From contig CAMZNW010000121.1 in NCBI GenBank assembly GCA_947313935.1, positions 1 to 41,839 of the forward strand: DNA of 41,839 bases, written 5' to 3'. Every line of letters starts with the position of its first letter. Position 1 is the stretch's first letter. The notes under the pieces are model-generated. The model saw only the letters and a program-made list of their open reading frames with translations. It did no database searches and was not told the origin of the DNA. The translations under genes were made by a program, and so were the position numbers. Of the stretch, positions 9,489 to 19,552 are shown piece by piece. This stretch comes from an uncultured Mollicutes bacterium (GTDB lineage: Bacteria; Bacillota_I; Bacilli_A; UBA3375).

Positions 9489-10740
9489 ATATATATCTTT
9501 TCTTTTTTTATTAATATATACTTTTCAAAATATTGTCCAATTATCGGCATTAACAACTCAACCATATATATATGCTAAAAGTGCATTTATAATAAATGCT
9601 GATAATGGTTCAGTTATTTTAAATCAAAACGGTTATGAAAAATTAGGGATAGCTAGTATTACAAAATTAATGACAATATATATATTTTTAAATGAAGCAA
9701 AAGAGAAGGATATAAAATTAACAGATGAATTTCCAATTTCAAAACGAGTAGCAAGTTTAAAAGGTGAATCTTCTTCAGCTTCAGGGGTATGGTTTAATCC
9801 AGGTGAAAAAATAAGTGTTGGAAAATTATTAGAATTAGCATTAATTTTTTCTGATAATGGAGCAGCAATGGAATTAGCAGAAATTGGTTCAGGCAATGAA
9901 TTGAATCATGTGAAAAAAATGAATCGTCAAGCTAAAGAATGGGGATTAAAAAACACGAAATTTTATAATGTTACTGGATTAACGATGCGTGATTATGGAA
10001 GTTTAAAATTACCTGGAACAATTGCAGCTGATTATAATGTATCATCAGCTGCAGAGTTATCTAAAATGGCAATGTTAATACTAAAAGAATATCCAAAATT
10101 ATTAAAAGAAACATCTAAAGAATATGTGTCTTTTAATGACGAAAAATTACCAAGTTATAATTTAATGTTACCAAACGGATTACATAAATATGTAGGAGTT
10201 AAAGGATTGAAAACAGGTACTAGTATTGAGGCTGGATCATGTTTTTTAGGATATTTTACATATAAGGACCGAAATTATATTTCAGTAGTATTAGGTGCTA
10301 ATGATACAGATGCTAGATTTGTTGAAACAACAAAATTGTATGATTGGATTAAAAAACAAACATACAGAAAAGTATATACAAAAGAAACAAATTATAAATT
10401 AAATTTAAATGGAGATTCACGTGGTAATATAAATCTACATCCTATATATGATTTAGAACAAATTGATACATTAGCTATAAATGCTAACTTAGAATCAATA
10501 AAATTAAATGAAAAATATTTTAAAGATGATATATTGATAAAAGATATAATGCCTGGATCAATTGTTGCAACATTAGAATATAAAAAATTAAACCAAAGTA
10601 GTATCGGAATTGTAAGTAGTGATGATAAATATTTAGAGATACCGTTAATATATGATAAAAAAATAAAACAACAAAATATTGTTTCAAAACAATTTGAAAA
10701 AATAATAAAATTCTACCAAGGATTTTATCGTAGTATGTAA
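9475..10740 (+). CDS. Serine-type D-Ala-D-Ala carboxypeptidase (PBP5/DacA-like, peptidase S11) with signal peptide
   Basis: [25 protein letters not shown] signal peptide. All three penicillin-binding motifs are present: SITK (SxxK), SDN (SxN) and KTGT (KTG). The start is trimmed from ORF-track 9391 to ATG 9475, overlapping the gyrA end by 14 nt. Confidence 0.85.
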   Translation: MKKSRYISFLFLLIYTFQNIVQLSALTTQPYIYAKSAFIINADNGSVILNQNGYEKLGIASITKLMTIYIFLNEAKEKDIKLTDEFPISKRVASLKGESSSASGVWFNPGEKISVGKLLELALIFSDNGAAMELAEIGSGNELNHVKKMNRQAKEWGLKNTKFYNVTGLTMRDYGSLKLPGTIAADYNVSSAAELSKMAMLILKEYPKLLKETSKEYVSFNDEKLPSYNLMLPNGLHKYVGVKGLKTGTSIEAGSCFLGYFTYKDRNYISVVLGANDTDARFVETTKLYDWIKKQTYRKVYTKETNYKLNLNGDSRGNINLHPIYDLEQIDTLAINANLESIKLNEKYFKDDILIKDIMPGSIVATLEYKKLNQSSIGIVSSDDKYLEIPLIYDKKIKQQNIVSKQFEKIIKFYQGFYRSM

Positions 10741-10751
10741 AAATAAAAAAC

Positions 10752-10765
10752 GTTTCACGTGAAAC
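10752..10765. promoter_or_regulatory. Second copy of the palindrome GTTTCACGTGAAAC, between the dac stop and the metG RBS
   Basis: Exact 14-mer identity with 9417-9430. It lies 12 nt after the dac TAA and 3 nt before the AAGGAG of metG. Confidence 0.5.
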
Positions 10766-10778
10766 AAAAAGGAGTCAA

Positions 10779-12368
10779 TTGAAAAGAACATTTTATATAA
10801 CAACACCAATATATTATCCATCAGGTCAATTACATTTAGGACATGCATACACAACAATAACAGGAGATGTAATAAAGAAATACCACCAACAATTAGGAGA
10901 AGAAGTTTTTTATCTTACTGGTAGTGATGAACATGGACAAAAAATAGAAGAAAAAGCAATTGAAAAAGGAATTAGTCCTCAAGAATATGTTGACTATATA
11001 GTAATTAGTTTTAAGCAATTGTGGAGTGATTTAGAAATAGATTATGATAAATTTATTAGAACTACAGATAAAAACCATATTATTCAAGTTCAAGAAATTT
11101 TTGAATACTTATTAAAAAATGATGATATATATTTAGATGAGTACATTGGTTTATATTGTATTTCATGTGAAAGTTATTATACAGAAACACAAGCGATTGA
11201 AAATAGATGTCCAGATTGTAATAAAAAATTAGAAAAATTAAAAGAGGAATGTTATTTTTTCCGTTGTTCTAAATATATAGATCGTTTACAACAACATTTA
11301 AAAGATAATCCTAAATTTATTCAACCAGAAAGTAGAAAAAATGAAATAGAAAAAAACTTTTTAGAAAAAGGTGTATCAGATTTAGCAGTTAGTAGAACTA
11401 ATTTTAAGTGGGGAATTAAAGTTCCTAGTAATCCAAAACATGTAATATATGTTTGGATTGATGCACTAACTAATTACATTACGGCATTAGGTTATGGAAC
11501 AAATGATAAGTTATTTAAAGAAAATTGGCCTGCTGATATTCAATTGGTAGGAAAAGAAATAACTAGATTTCATGTTATTTATTGGCCGATGATTTTAATG
11601 GCTTTAAATTTAGAACTTCCAAAACAAATATTTGCTCATGGTTGGTTATTGATGGATAAAGATAAAATGTCTAAATCAAAAGGTAATGTAATTTATCCAG
11701 AGTTTTTAATTGAAGAGTATGGTTTAGATACAATAAGATATTATTTAATGCGTGAAGTGCAATTTGGAATGGATGGTATGTTTACACCTGAGAGTTATAT
11801 TAATAGAATTAATAATGATTTAGTTAACGATTTAGGTAATTTAGTAAATAGAACAATGGTGATGGTTAATAAATATTTTAATGGAACGGTTCAAAAACAA
11901 AATATAAGTAATGATTATTGTGAAAAGATAAAATTAAATATAATTAATTTAGAAAAACAATATCACATAAATTTTAAAGAGTTTGGATTCACAAAAGTAT
12001 TACAAAATGCATGGGAAATGATTGGATTAACTAATAAATTAATTGATGAAACTAAACCATGGATTTTATTTAAAGAAGGGAATTTAATCATTTTAGAAGA
12101 AGTATTATATACTCTATTGTCATCTATAGAAACGATAGGTAAATATATAGCTCCAATATTGACTAAATCATCAAAATTAATTGTAGAACAATTAGGAATT
12201 AAAAATAAGAAGTGTTTATTTAATATTGAAACTAATAATAAATATAATATAAGTAAACAACCTGAAATGTTATTCTTACGTTTAGATGTTAAATTAGAAA
12301 CAGAAAAAATACAAAAGAAAATGGAGCAACAAAAAAAAGAAGCTCAACAAAAATTAAAATTAAAATAG
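10779..12368 (+). CDS. metG: Methionine--tRNA ligase (short form, no C-terminal Trbp111 domain)
   Basis: TTG start with AAGGAG RBS. YYPSGQLHLGHAY (HIGH), KMSKS, and the zinc knuckle CISCESYY...CPDCNKK. Confidence 0.95.
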   Translation: MKRTFYITTPIYYPSGQLHLGHAYTTITGDVIKKYHQQLGEEVFYLTGSDEHGQKIEEKAIEKGISPQEYVDYIVISFKQLWSDLEIDYDKFIRTTDKNHIIQVQEIFEYLLKNDDIYLDEYIGLYCISCESYYTETQAIENRCPDCNKKLEKLKEECYFFRCSKYIDRLQQHLKDNPKFIQPESRKNEIEKNFLEKGVSDLAVSRTNFKWGIKVPSNPKHVIYVWIDALTNYITALGYGTNDKLFKENWPADIQLVGKEITRFHVIYWPMILMALNLELPKQIFAHGWLLMDKDKMSKSKGNVIYPEFLIEEYGLDTIRYYLMREVQFGMDGMFTPESYINRINNDLVNDLGNLVNRTMVMVNKYFNGTVQKQNISNDYCEKIKLNIINLEKQYHINFKEFGFTKVLQNAWEMIGLTNKLIDETKPWILFKEGNLIILEEVLYTLLSSIETIGKYIAPILTKSSKLIVEQLGIKNKKCLFNIETNNKYNISKQPEMLFLRLDVKLETEKIQKKMEQQKKEAQQKLKLK

Positions 12369-12430
12369 AAAAACTAATTTGGTTTTAATTTTTGGAAATA
12401 TAATATATAAATTGAAAAACTGGAGGAAAA

Positions 12431-13210
12431 ATGATTGATACACATATTCATTTATATAGTGAAAAATATACTCAAGATATTAAAGAAGTAATTCAAAATG
12501 CAAAATATAAAGGCGTTACAAAATGTATTAATGTAGGGTGTGCAGAAACAGATTTTGATAGTGTAATTAAAATGAAAGAAGAATATCCAGATTTTTTGGA
12601 ATATAGTTTTGGATTACATCCAGTAGATATTAAAAAATTAGATTTTGAAAAAAGTATGCTGAATTTAGAAACATATATTGTTAAAAATAATCCAATAGCA
12701 GTTGGAGAAATAGGGTTAGATTATTATTATTATCCAGAGGAAAAAATCGAACAAAAAAAATACTTTATAGCTCAATTAGAATTAGCTAGAAAATATAAAT
12801 TACCTGTTATTATCCATACTCGTGATGCATATGATGATTGTTTAAATATATTAAAAGAATTTAAAGATGTACCTCGTTTAATCCATTCATTTGCATCTAC
12901 AGTAGAAATGGCAGAGAAATTTATTGAAATAGGATGTAAATTATCTTTATCAGGTCAGGTAACTTTTAAAAACGCATTGAATCAAAAAAATGTAGCTCAA
13001 AATATAAGTTTAGGAAATTTAATGATTGAAACGGATGGTCCTTATTTAACGCCTACACCTTTTAGGGGAAAAAGAAATTTACCAGAATATATTAGTTATG
13101 TAGCACAAGAAATAGCAGAACAAAAAGAAATATCATATAATAAAGTTATAGAAAAAACTACTAAAAATGCAGAGGAGTTTTTCAAATTGGAGAAAAATGA
13201 AAATAATTAA
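12431..13210 (+). CDS. tatD: TatD-family metal-dependent DNase/hydrolase (YabD-like)
   Basis: MIDTHIHL..., GEIGLDYYY, IHTRDA, ETDGPYL. Conserved metG-yabD adjacency as in Bacillus. Confidence 0.9.
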   Translation: MIDTHIHLYSEKYTQDIKEVIQNAKYKGVTKCINVGCAETDFDSVIKMKEEYPDFLEYSFGLHPVDIKKLDFEKSMLNLETYIVKNNPIAVGEIGLDYYYYPEEKIEQKKYFIAQLELARKYKLPVIIHTRDAYDDCLNILKEFKDVPRLIHSFASTVEMAEKFIEIGCKLSLSGQVTFKNALNQKNVAQNISLGNLMIETDGPYLTPTPFRGKRNLPEYISYVAQEIAEQKEISYNKVIEKTTKNAEEFFKLEKNENN

Positions 13211-13727
13211 ACCAAATATGTATGTGAAGTCTATAATAGATATCCCTTATGAAGATTTGATTACTAATGGGATAAAATTAATTTGTTTTGATTTAGACAA
13301 TACATTAGATATCCCAAACGAAGAAACTATTCTAATAGATCCAACCATTGAAAGTAAATTAATAGAAATAGAAAATATGGGACTTGAAATATTCATTATA
13401 TCGAATAATACTATTGAAAATAGAGTGGAATCTTTTGCCAAAAAAAGAGGGTATAATTATTTAAAAGCAGCAAGAAAACCATTTCAAAGAAAATACAAGG
13501 AAAATACTATATTGAAACAATATGAAAAAAAAGAAATAATATTTATAGGGGATAAAATTATTACTGATATCATAGGGGCACGTTTATATGGTAGTCCATG
13601 TATATTAGTAGATCAAATAGTTAATGAAAATTTGAAATATTATTCAAAAATTATGAGTGTAATAGAAAATGTATTTTGTAAAATTAGTGGTTTTAAAAAA
13701 GGGGAATATTTTGACTATAAAATGTGA
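13197..13727 (+). CDS. yqeG: YqeG-family HAD phosphatase
   Basis: FDLDNTL (HAD motif I) and IGDKIITDIIGA (motif III). Sits upstream of yqeH as in Bacillus. The start is trimmed to ATG 13197 (GGAG RBS). Stop is TGA. Confidence 0.8.
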   Translation: MKIIKPNMYVKSIIDIPYEDLITNGIKLICFDLDNTLDIPNEETILIDPTIESKLIEIENMGLEIFIISNNTIENRVESFAKKRGYNYLKAARKPFQRKYKENTILKQYEKKEIIFIGDKIITDIIGARLYGSPCILVDQIVNENLKYYSKIMSVIENVFCKISGFKKGEYFDYKM

Positions 13728-14799
13728 AGGATGCGGAATTATTAAACAAATAAAGGATGAACAAAAAATTGGATTTTGTAAGAATGTTGAACAAAAATTA
13801 TGTCAACGTTGTTATCAAATAAAAAATTACAATAAATTGCCAACGACAAAATTAGAAAATGAAGAGTTTGATAAATTGTTGTTAGAAGTAGGAAAAACTA
13901 ATAAATTAATATTATGGATATTAGATACAGCTGATTTAGAAGGAAGTTATATTAAAAATATCGAAAAATATTTAAAGAAAAATAAAGTTATTTTAGTTGG
14001 TAATAAAGTTGATTTATTACCTAAAAGTTTATCTGAGAAAAAAATAAAAAATTGGTTAATACAATCAATTGATGATGATATTAATATTATTGATGTTATA
14101 TTAACATCTACAAAAACAAAATATAATATTGATAAATTATTAGAATTAATAGATGAATTTACAACGAAAGATGTTTATATGATTGGTGCGACAAATACAG
14201 GCAAATCATCTTTGATAAATGCAATAAAAAAAAGTGTGTATAGTAAATATAAAAATAATGTTACGACATCTTTTTTTGCAGGGACAACATTATCAACGAT
14301 AGAAATAGTAATTGATGATTATATAACTTTAATAGATACACCAGGTATAATTAATGAATTTCAAGTGATAAACTATTTAACAACAGAAAGTTTAAAGCAA
14401 GTTATTCCTAATTCAGAATTAAAACCACATAGTTTTCAATTGAACAATAAACAAACTCTATTTATTGCAGGTTTATTTAGAATAGATTTTTTAGAAGGAG
14501 AAAAATCAACTTTCACAATATACGTTTCTAAAAATATTAATATTCATAGAACTAAATTAGAAAAGGCAGATATTTTTTATGAAAAACATATTACAACAAT
14601 GCCACTAGTACCACCTAGAAAAGAAGAGTTAGAAAGTTTAAAGTTAAGAGAAAAAACCAATTATGAATTGAATCAAGGGAAGCATTCATTTACTTTAGCA
14701 GGACTTGGCTGGTTTGTGATTGATGCTAATTCAGACATAAAAATTGAAATACATTATCCTAAAAATATTTTAGTAAAAAAACGTATAAATTTAAATTAA
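13711..14799 (+). CDS. yqeH: Ribosome-biogenesis GTPase YqeH (circularly permuted GTPase with N-terminal zinc finger)
   Basis: CEGCGIIKQ...CQRCYQIKNY zinc finger, then NKVDLLP followed by GATNTGKSSLINA (permuted G4-G1 order). TTG start after an AAAAGGGGA RBS. The ORF-track start at 13669 lies inside yqeG. Confidence 0.85.
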   Translation: MTIKCEGCGIIKQIKDEQKIGFCKNVEQKLCQRCYQIKNYNKLPTTKLENEEFDKLLLEVGKTNKLILWILDTADLEGSYIKNIEKYLKKNKVILVGNKVDLLPKSLSEKKIKNWLIQSIDDDINIIDVILTSTKTKYNIDKLLELIDEFTTKDVYMIGATNTGKSSLINAIKKSVYSKYKNNVTTSFFAGTTLSTIEIVIDDYITLIDTPGIINEFQVINYLTTESLKQVIPNSELKPHSFQLNNKQTLFIAGLFRIDFLEGEKSTFTIYVSKNINIHRTKLEKADIFYEKHITTMPLVPPRKEELESLKLREKTNYELNQGKHSFTLAGLGWFVIDANSDIKIEIHYPKNILVKKRINLN

Positions 14800-14807
14800 G
14801 GAGAAAC

Positions 14808-15101
14808 ATGACAAGTAAAGAACGAGCTATTTTAAAGAAAGAAGCGCAAGTTATTAAATCAACATTTCAAATAGGAAATGGAATGTTGCATGAAAGTAAT
14901 ATTAAAGCACTAAAAGATGGTTTCAATAATAAAGAATTAATTAAAGTAAAAGTAAATAGAGCAGACAAAACTGATAAACAAATAGTGGAAAAAATAGCTA
15001 ATGAGATTCAAGAAAAAACAACTATTGAAATAGTAGATATTATCGGAACAACAATAATTTTATATAAAAAAAATAAAAATGAAATGCTAAATATATTATA
15101 A
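14808..15101 (+). CDS. yhbY: YhbY/YqeI CRS1-type RNA-binding protein
   Basis: 97-aa ORF MTSKERAILKKEAQ...FQIGNG...ELIKVKV, the YhbY family pattern, in the yqeG-yqeH neighbourhood. Confidence 0.85.
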   Translation: MTSKERAILKKEAQVIKSTFQIGNGMLHESNIKALKDGFNNKELIKVKVNRADKTDKQIVEKIANEIQEKTTIEIVDIIGTTIILYKKNKNEMLNIL

Positions 15102-15145
15102 ACAAAAAATATATCTTTTTTAGGTATATTTTTTGTTTATAATAT
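15093..15145 (+). terminator. Long perfect inverted repeat (21-bp arms) overlapping the yhbY stop; probable terminator
   Basis: atattataaacaaaaaatata (15093-15113) and tatattttttgtttataatat (15125-15145) around an 11-nt loop. A-tract and T-tract arms make it potentially bidirectional. The stem is almost entirely A:T. Confidence 0.55.
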
Positions 15146-15330
15146 TACATTAATTTAATATTACATATTGAAACACTATAATAAGTTTTGATTGTAAAGT
15201 CCAAATAAAATATTGATACATCCTTTAGTTTATGAATACTTATGATAGTTATTGTTACTAGCTAGTGTAACTTATATGTAAATTATATAATAAACGTATA
15301 TTCTTTTAATAATAATATTTTGTAGAATAA

Positions 15331-15741
15331 TACTTTATCTTCTTTTTTCACTCATTAGAAAAAGAATTACTAGGTGGTATGTTAAGATTTCAATTGTATA
15401 ATTTTTTAAATAATATATCTTATCAAAAAATTAATGATAAATTAGAATATTCTACTACTAAAGTATAAAAAATGCTAATCATCAATTTAAAAAGCAAATA
15501 TTTTCATATTAAAATTAAAGATAATGAAATAGAATAAAGGATATACTCTATTATCAAGATAATAAAACTTGAAGAGTTAAATCTATCGGGTAATAAGATT
15601 GTAGATATAAGTTCACTAGCAAGATTAAATAAACTTACGGATTTAGAGGTTAGTTATAATCAGATACTTATTATAGTCCATTATTATAAATACCTCTTTA
15701 TTTTAATGCGAAAAATAATGACACACTATTCAAAAGTATGA
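15331..15741 (+). pseudogene. Decayed leucine-rich-repeat (internalin-like) surface protein gene fragment
   Basis: A single frame with two internal TAA stops (15466, 15535). It includes IKLEELNLSGNKIVDISSLARLNKLTDLEVSYNQI, two consecutive 22-residue LxxLxLxxNxIxDIxxL repeats. No intact start. Confidence 0.6.
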
Positions 15742-15986
15742 CTATTTTAGAATAAAAAGAAATTTTTTATAATATTGCAAAAATAGATGGAAGTAAAATA
15801 CATATTTCTCTCGAAATACATGTTGGGAGTATAAATCATTTAAGCGGTAGATATAATGAAGAAAAATTATAGTGGAATAATTAATATTACTCTATTATTT
15901 TTGTACAATATTTTTGAAAGAATTGCTTTTACAAGGGTGATATTTAATATAATTTTCTATTTATGGTAATAAAACGAAGCGAAAAT

Positions 15987-16015
15987 TTGACTTTTAAATA
16001 AAAAAAAGGTATAAT
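15987..16015 (+). promoter_or_regulatory. Near-consensus sigma-A promoter of the S10 operon: TTGACT-N17-TATAAT
   Basis: -35 at 15987-15992, a 17-nt spacer and -10 at 16010-16015, about 70 nt upstream of the rpsJ ATG. Confidence 0.75.
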
Positions 16016-16019
16016 ATAA

Positions 16020-16068
16020 ATGGTGTTTTAGTTAGGATGTAGTGATATTTTAACACACCCGACACCAT
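16020..16068 (+). promoter_or_regulatory. 5' leader stem-loop of the S10 operon mRNA
   Basis: ATGGTGT (16020-16026) pairs with ACACCAT (16062-16068). An alternative GTGTT/AACAC pairing lies inside. It starts at about the predicted TSS and ends 8 nt before the AAAGGAGG RBS. Confidence 0.4.
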
Positions 16069-16086
16069 GTTAGAAAAGGAGGTAGT

Positions 16087-16389
16087 ATGTCAACGTTGAA
16101 AATAAAACTTAAGGGTTATGATCATAAATTAGTTGATGGTTCAGTACAACATATTGTTTCACAAGTTGAACAATCTGGTGCTAAAATCGTAGGACCAATT
16201 CCATTGCCAACAGAACGCAATGTTTATACAGTAATTAGAGCTGTACATAAATATAAATCATCTAGAGAACAATTTGAAATTAGAACTCATAAAAGATTGA
16301 TTGAAGTTAAAAATGTAAATGATGAAACTAAAGCAGTTTTATCGAGAATTAAAGTTCCAGCAGGAGTGTTAATAGAAGTTAAAATGTAA
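16087..16389 (+). CDS. rpsJ: 30S ribosomal protein S10
   Basis: MSTLKIKLKGYDHKLVD...; first gene of the conserved S10 operon. Confidence 0.97.
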   Translation: MSTLKIKLKGYDHKLVDGSVQHIVSQVEQSGAKIVGPIPLPTERNVYTVIRAVHKYKSSREQFEIRTHKRLIEVKNVNDETKAVLSRIKVPAGVLIEVKM

Positions 16390-16433
16390 TGTTGTTTTTA
16401 AACATTATGACACAAAAATAAAAGAGGTGTTCG

Positions 16434-17126
16434 ATGATGAAAGGAATTTTAGGAAAAAAAATTGGTATGACTCAAGTTTTTACCACTAACGGAGAATTAA
16501 TTCCAGTTACGGTAATAGAAGTATTACCAAATATAATTACACAATTAAAAACAGAAGCAACAGATGGTTACAATGCTATTCAGTTGGGTGTGGAAGATAA
16601 AAAAGAAAAACTTTCAACTAAACCAGAACTAGGACATGCAGCTAAAGCTAATACGGTTGTTAAAAAATTTGTAAAAGAATTTAGAGTTTCTAGAGAAGAA
16701 GTTGAAAGTTGTGAATTAGGACAAAGTTTAGATATTTCAAATTTTGTAGCTGGTGATTTTGTTGATGTTCAAGGAAAATCAAAAGGTAAAGGGTTCCAAG
16801 GTGTTATTAAAAGACATGGTCAAGCATGTGGACCAATGTCTCATGGTTCAAGATATCATAGACGTCCAGGTTCAATGGGAGCTGTAGCACCACAAGTATT
16901 TAAAGGTAAAAAATTACCAGGTCAAACTGGAGATAAAATAATTACTGTACAAAACTTAGAAATAGTTAAAATAGATAGTGAAAAAAATGCACTTTTAGTA
17001 AAAGGAAATATTCCTGGAGCTAAAAAATCTTATGTAACAATTTCAAAAACAATAAAAAATAAAAAAACAAAAGAACCAAAAGAATTGGTTTCATATACAA
17101 AAGTTGTTGAAAAAGACGCTGAATAA
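16434..17126 (+). CDS. rplC: 50S ribosomal protein L3 (with a short Lys-rich C-terminal extension)
   Basis: [15 protein letters not shown]...[15 protein letters not shown]. Confidence 0.97.
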   Translation: MMKGILGKKIGMTQVFTTNGELIPVTVIEVLPNIITQLKTEATDGYNAIQLGVEDKKEKLSTKPELGHAAKANTVVKKFVKEFRVSREEVESCELGQSLDISNFVAGDFVDVQGKSKGKGFQGVIKRHGQACGPMSHGSRYHRRPGSMGAVAPQVFKGKKLPGQTGDKIITVQNLEIVKIDSEKNALLVKGNIPGAKKSYVTISKTIKNKKTKEPKELVSYTKVVEKDAE

Positions 17127-17138
17127 TAAGGAGGTATA

Positions 17139-17762
17139 ATGGCTAAAATAGATGTATTAAATATTGAAGGAAATGTTGTTGAACAAGTTGTAATAGCAGA
17201 AAATATTTTTGATATAACTCCAAATCAACAAGCGTTATATGATGCAATAATTTTACAACGTGCAAATACACGACAAGGTACACATAAAGTAAAAGGACGT
17301 AGTGAAGTTCGTGGTGGAGGAGCAAAACCATGGCGTCAAAAAGGTACTGGTAGAGCAAGACAAGGTACTATTAGAGCACCACAATGGAAAGGTGGAGGAG
17401 TAGTATTTGGACCGACACCACGTAGTTATGCATTAAAAATGAATAAAAAAGTAAGAAAACTAGCATTGAAAAGTGCTTTAGCAGAAAAATTTCAAAATGG
17501 TGAAATGGTCGTAATAGATCAAATTAATTTTGAAATGCCAAAAACAAAAGATATGTTAACTATAATGCAAAATTTAAATGCACCACGTAAACCATTGTTA
17601 GTAACAGCGGAATATGATGAAAATGTATTTTTGTCAGGAAGAAATATTAATGGTTTAATTAATTTAGATGCTACATCAATTAATGTTTTGGATATTACAA
17701 ATGCACATAAATTAATCATAACAAAAGATGCTATTACTAAGATTGAGGAGGTGTTAGGATAA
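17139..17762 (+). CDS. rplD: 50S ribosomal protein L4
   Basis: ..[34 protein letters not shown]. Confidence 0.97.
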   Translation: MAKIDVLNIEGNVVEQVVIAENIFDITPNQQALYDAIILQRANTRQGTHKVKGRSEVRGGGAKPWRQKGTGRARQGTIRAPQWKGGGVVFGPTPRSYALKMNKKVRKLALKSALAEKFQNGEMVVIDQINFEMPKTKDMLTIMQNLNAPRKPLLVTAEYDENVFLSGRNINGLINLDATSINVLDITNAHKLIITKDAITKIEEVLG

Positions 17763-18055
17763 TGAAAACTAATGCATACGAAATTATTAGAAAACCAATT
17801 ATTACTGAAAAAAGTATGGCTGGTGTAGCAAATAAAGTTTATACTTTTGAAGTTTCAAAAAATTCAAATAAAACACATGTTAAGTTAGCAGTAGAGGAAT
17901 TATTTGATGTAAATGTTGCTAAAGTTAATATTATTAATACTAAGAAAAAACCAAAGCGTGTTGGAAAATATGCAGGATATAAAAGTGGATATCGTAAAGC
18001 AATTGTTACTTTAACAGAAAATAGCAAAGGTATTGAAGGTTTTGAAGGAAAATAA
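17762..18055 (+). CDS. rplW: 50S ribosomal protein L23
   Basis: ..[12 protein letters not shown]...; operon position. Confidence 0.96.
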   Translation: MKTNAYEIIRKPIITEKSMAGVANKVYTFEVSKNSNKTHVKLAVEELFDVNVAKVNIINTKKKPKRVGKYAGYKSGYRKAIVTLTENSKGIEGFEGK

Positions 18056-18071
18056 GTAAAAGGAGGAAAAC

Positions 18072-18905
18072 ATGTCAATTAAAGTTTATAAACCTACGAC
18101 AAATGGACGTCGTAATATGTCTGTTTTAAATTTCAAAGCTGAAATTACTACAGATAAACCAGAAAAATCATTACTTGTAGCTAAAAGTAAAAATGCTGGT
18201 CGAAATAATCAAGGTAGAATAACTGTTCGTCATCATGGTGGTGGAGCAAAACAAAAATATCGTATAATGGATTTCAAAAGAAATAAAGATAATATAATTG
18301 GTAAAGTTGCAACTATTGAATACGATCCAAATCGTACTGCGAATATTGCATTAATACATTATTTAGATGGAGAAAAAAGATATATTTTAGCTCCAAAAGG
18401 TATAAAAGTTGGAGATCAAATAATTTCTGGTGAAAATGTAGATATAAAACTTGGAAATGCTTTACCATTATCAAATATGCCAATGGGTACAGTTGTATAT
18501 AATATTGAATTAAAACCTGGAAAAGGTGGACAAATTTCACGTTCAGCAGGAACAAGTGCTCAATTATTAGGTAAAGAAGATAAATATGTAATAGTACGTT
18601 TAACTTCTGGAGAAGTTCGTAAAATATTAGGAACTTGTCGTGCAACGATTGGTGAAGTGGGAAATGAATCTCATGAATTAGTTAAAATTGGTACAGCAGG
18701 ACGTAAACGTCATTTAGGTATTCGTCCAACTGTACGTGGTTCAGTAATGAATCCAAATGATCATCCACATGGTGGAGGAGAAGGACGTGCTCCAGTAGGA
18801 CGTAAATCACCAATGACACCTTGGGGAAAACCTGCTTTAGGTTTAAAAACACGTAAGAAAAACAAACAATCTAATAAATATATTGTTCGTGGACGTAAAA
18901 AATAA
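18072..18905 (+). CDS. rplB: 50S ribosomal protein L2
   Basis: [17 protein letters not shown]...[14 protein letters not shown]. Confidence 0.98.
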   Translation: MSIKVYKPTTNGRRNMSVLNFKAEITTDKPEKSLLVAKSKNAGRNNQGRITVRHHGGGAKQKYRIMDFKRNKDNIIGKVATIEYDPNRTANIALIHYLDGEKRYILAPKGIKVGDQIISGENVDIKLGNALPLSNMPMGTVVYNIELKPGKGGQISRSAGTSAQLLGKEDKYVIVRLTSGEVRKILGTCRATIGEVGNESHELVKIGTAGRKRHLGIRPTVRGSVMNPNDHPHGGGEGRAPVGRKSPMTPWGKPALGLKTRKKNKQSNKYIVRGRKK

Positions 18906-18920
18906 TAAAGGAGATCTAAT

Positions 18921-19193
18921 ATGGCTCGTAGTTTAAAAAAAGGTCCATTTGTTGACGAGCATTTAATGAAAAAAGTCACAAATGCAGATGAAAAAAAAAG
19001 AGAAGTTATTAAAACATGGTCACGTCGTTCAACTATTTTCCCGCAATTTATAGGACATACATTTGGTGTTCATAATGGTAGAGAACATGTTCCTGTTCAT
19101 ATAACAGAAGATATGGTAGGACATAAATTAGGAGAATTTGCACCAACAAGAACTTATCGTGGACACGGTGACGATAAAAAAACCAAAAAATAA
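18921..19193 (+). CDS. rpsS: 30S ribosomal protein S19
   Basis: [15 protein letters not shown]...HNGREHVPV. Confidence 0.98.
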   Translation: MARSLKKGPFVDEHLMKKVTNADEKKREVIKTWSRRSTIFPQFIGHTFGVHNGREHVPVHITEDMVGHKLGEFAPTRTYRGHGDDKKTKK

Positions 19194-19205
19194 TAGGAGG
19201 CGCTT

Positions 19206-19538
19206 ATGGATGTAAGAGCTTATGCAAAAATGCAAAGAATAGCACCTCGTAAAGTGCGTTTAGTACTTGATTTAGTACGCGGTAAATCTTTAGCAGATGC
19301 TATCATGATTACTAAAAACACTGATAAAAGAGCTTCGAAAATGATATATAAATTATTAATGTCAGCTGCAGCAAATGCAGAAAATAATCACAATTTAGAT
19401 GTTAATAAATTATATGTTTCAAAAGCTTTCGCAAACGAAGGTCCAACATTAAAACGTATTAGACCAAGAGCGCAAGGACGCGCTTCAGGAATTAACAAGA
19501 GAACATCACATATTACTGTGGTATTATCTGAAAGATAA
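19206..19538 (+). CDS. rplV: 50S ribosomal protein L22
   Basis: ..[17 protein letters not shown]... Confidence 0.97.
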   Translation: MDVRAYAKMQRIAPRKVRLVLDLVRGKSLADAIMITKNTDKRASKMIYKLLMSAAANAENNHNLDVNKLYVSKAFANEGPTLKRIRPRAQGRASGINKRTSHITVVLSER

Positions 19539-19552
19539 AATAGGAGGCCTAT

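Noticed and set aside
15190-15215. GTAAAGTCCAAA resembling the RNase P RNA P4 motif (GGAAAGUCC)
   Set aside because: None of the other conserved RNase P RNA elements is visible nearby, and the surrounding sequence is too A/T-rich and unstructured.
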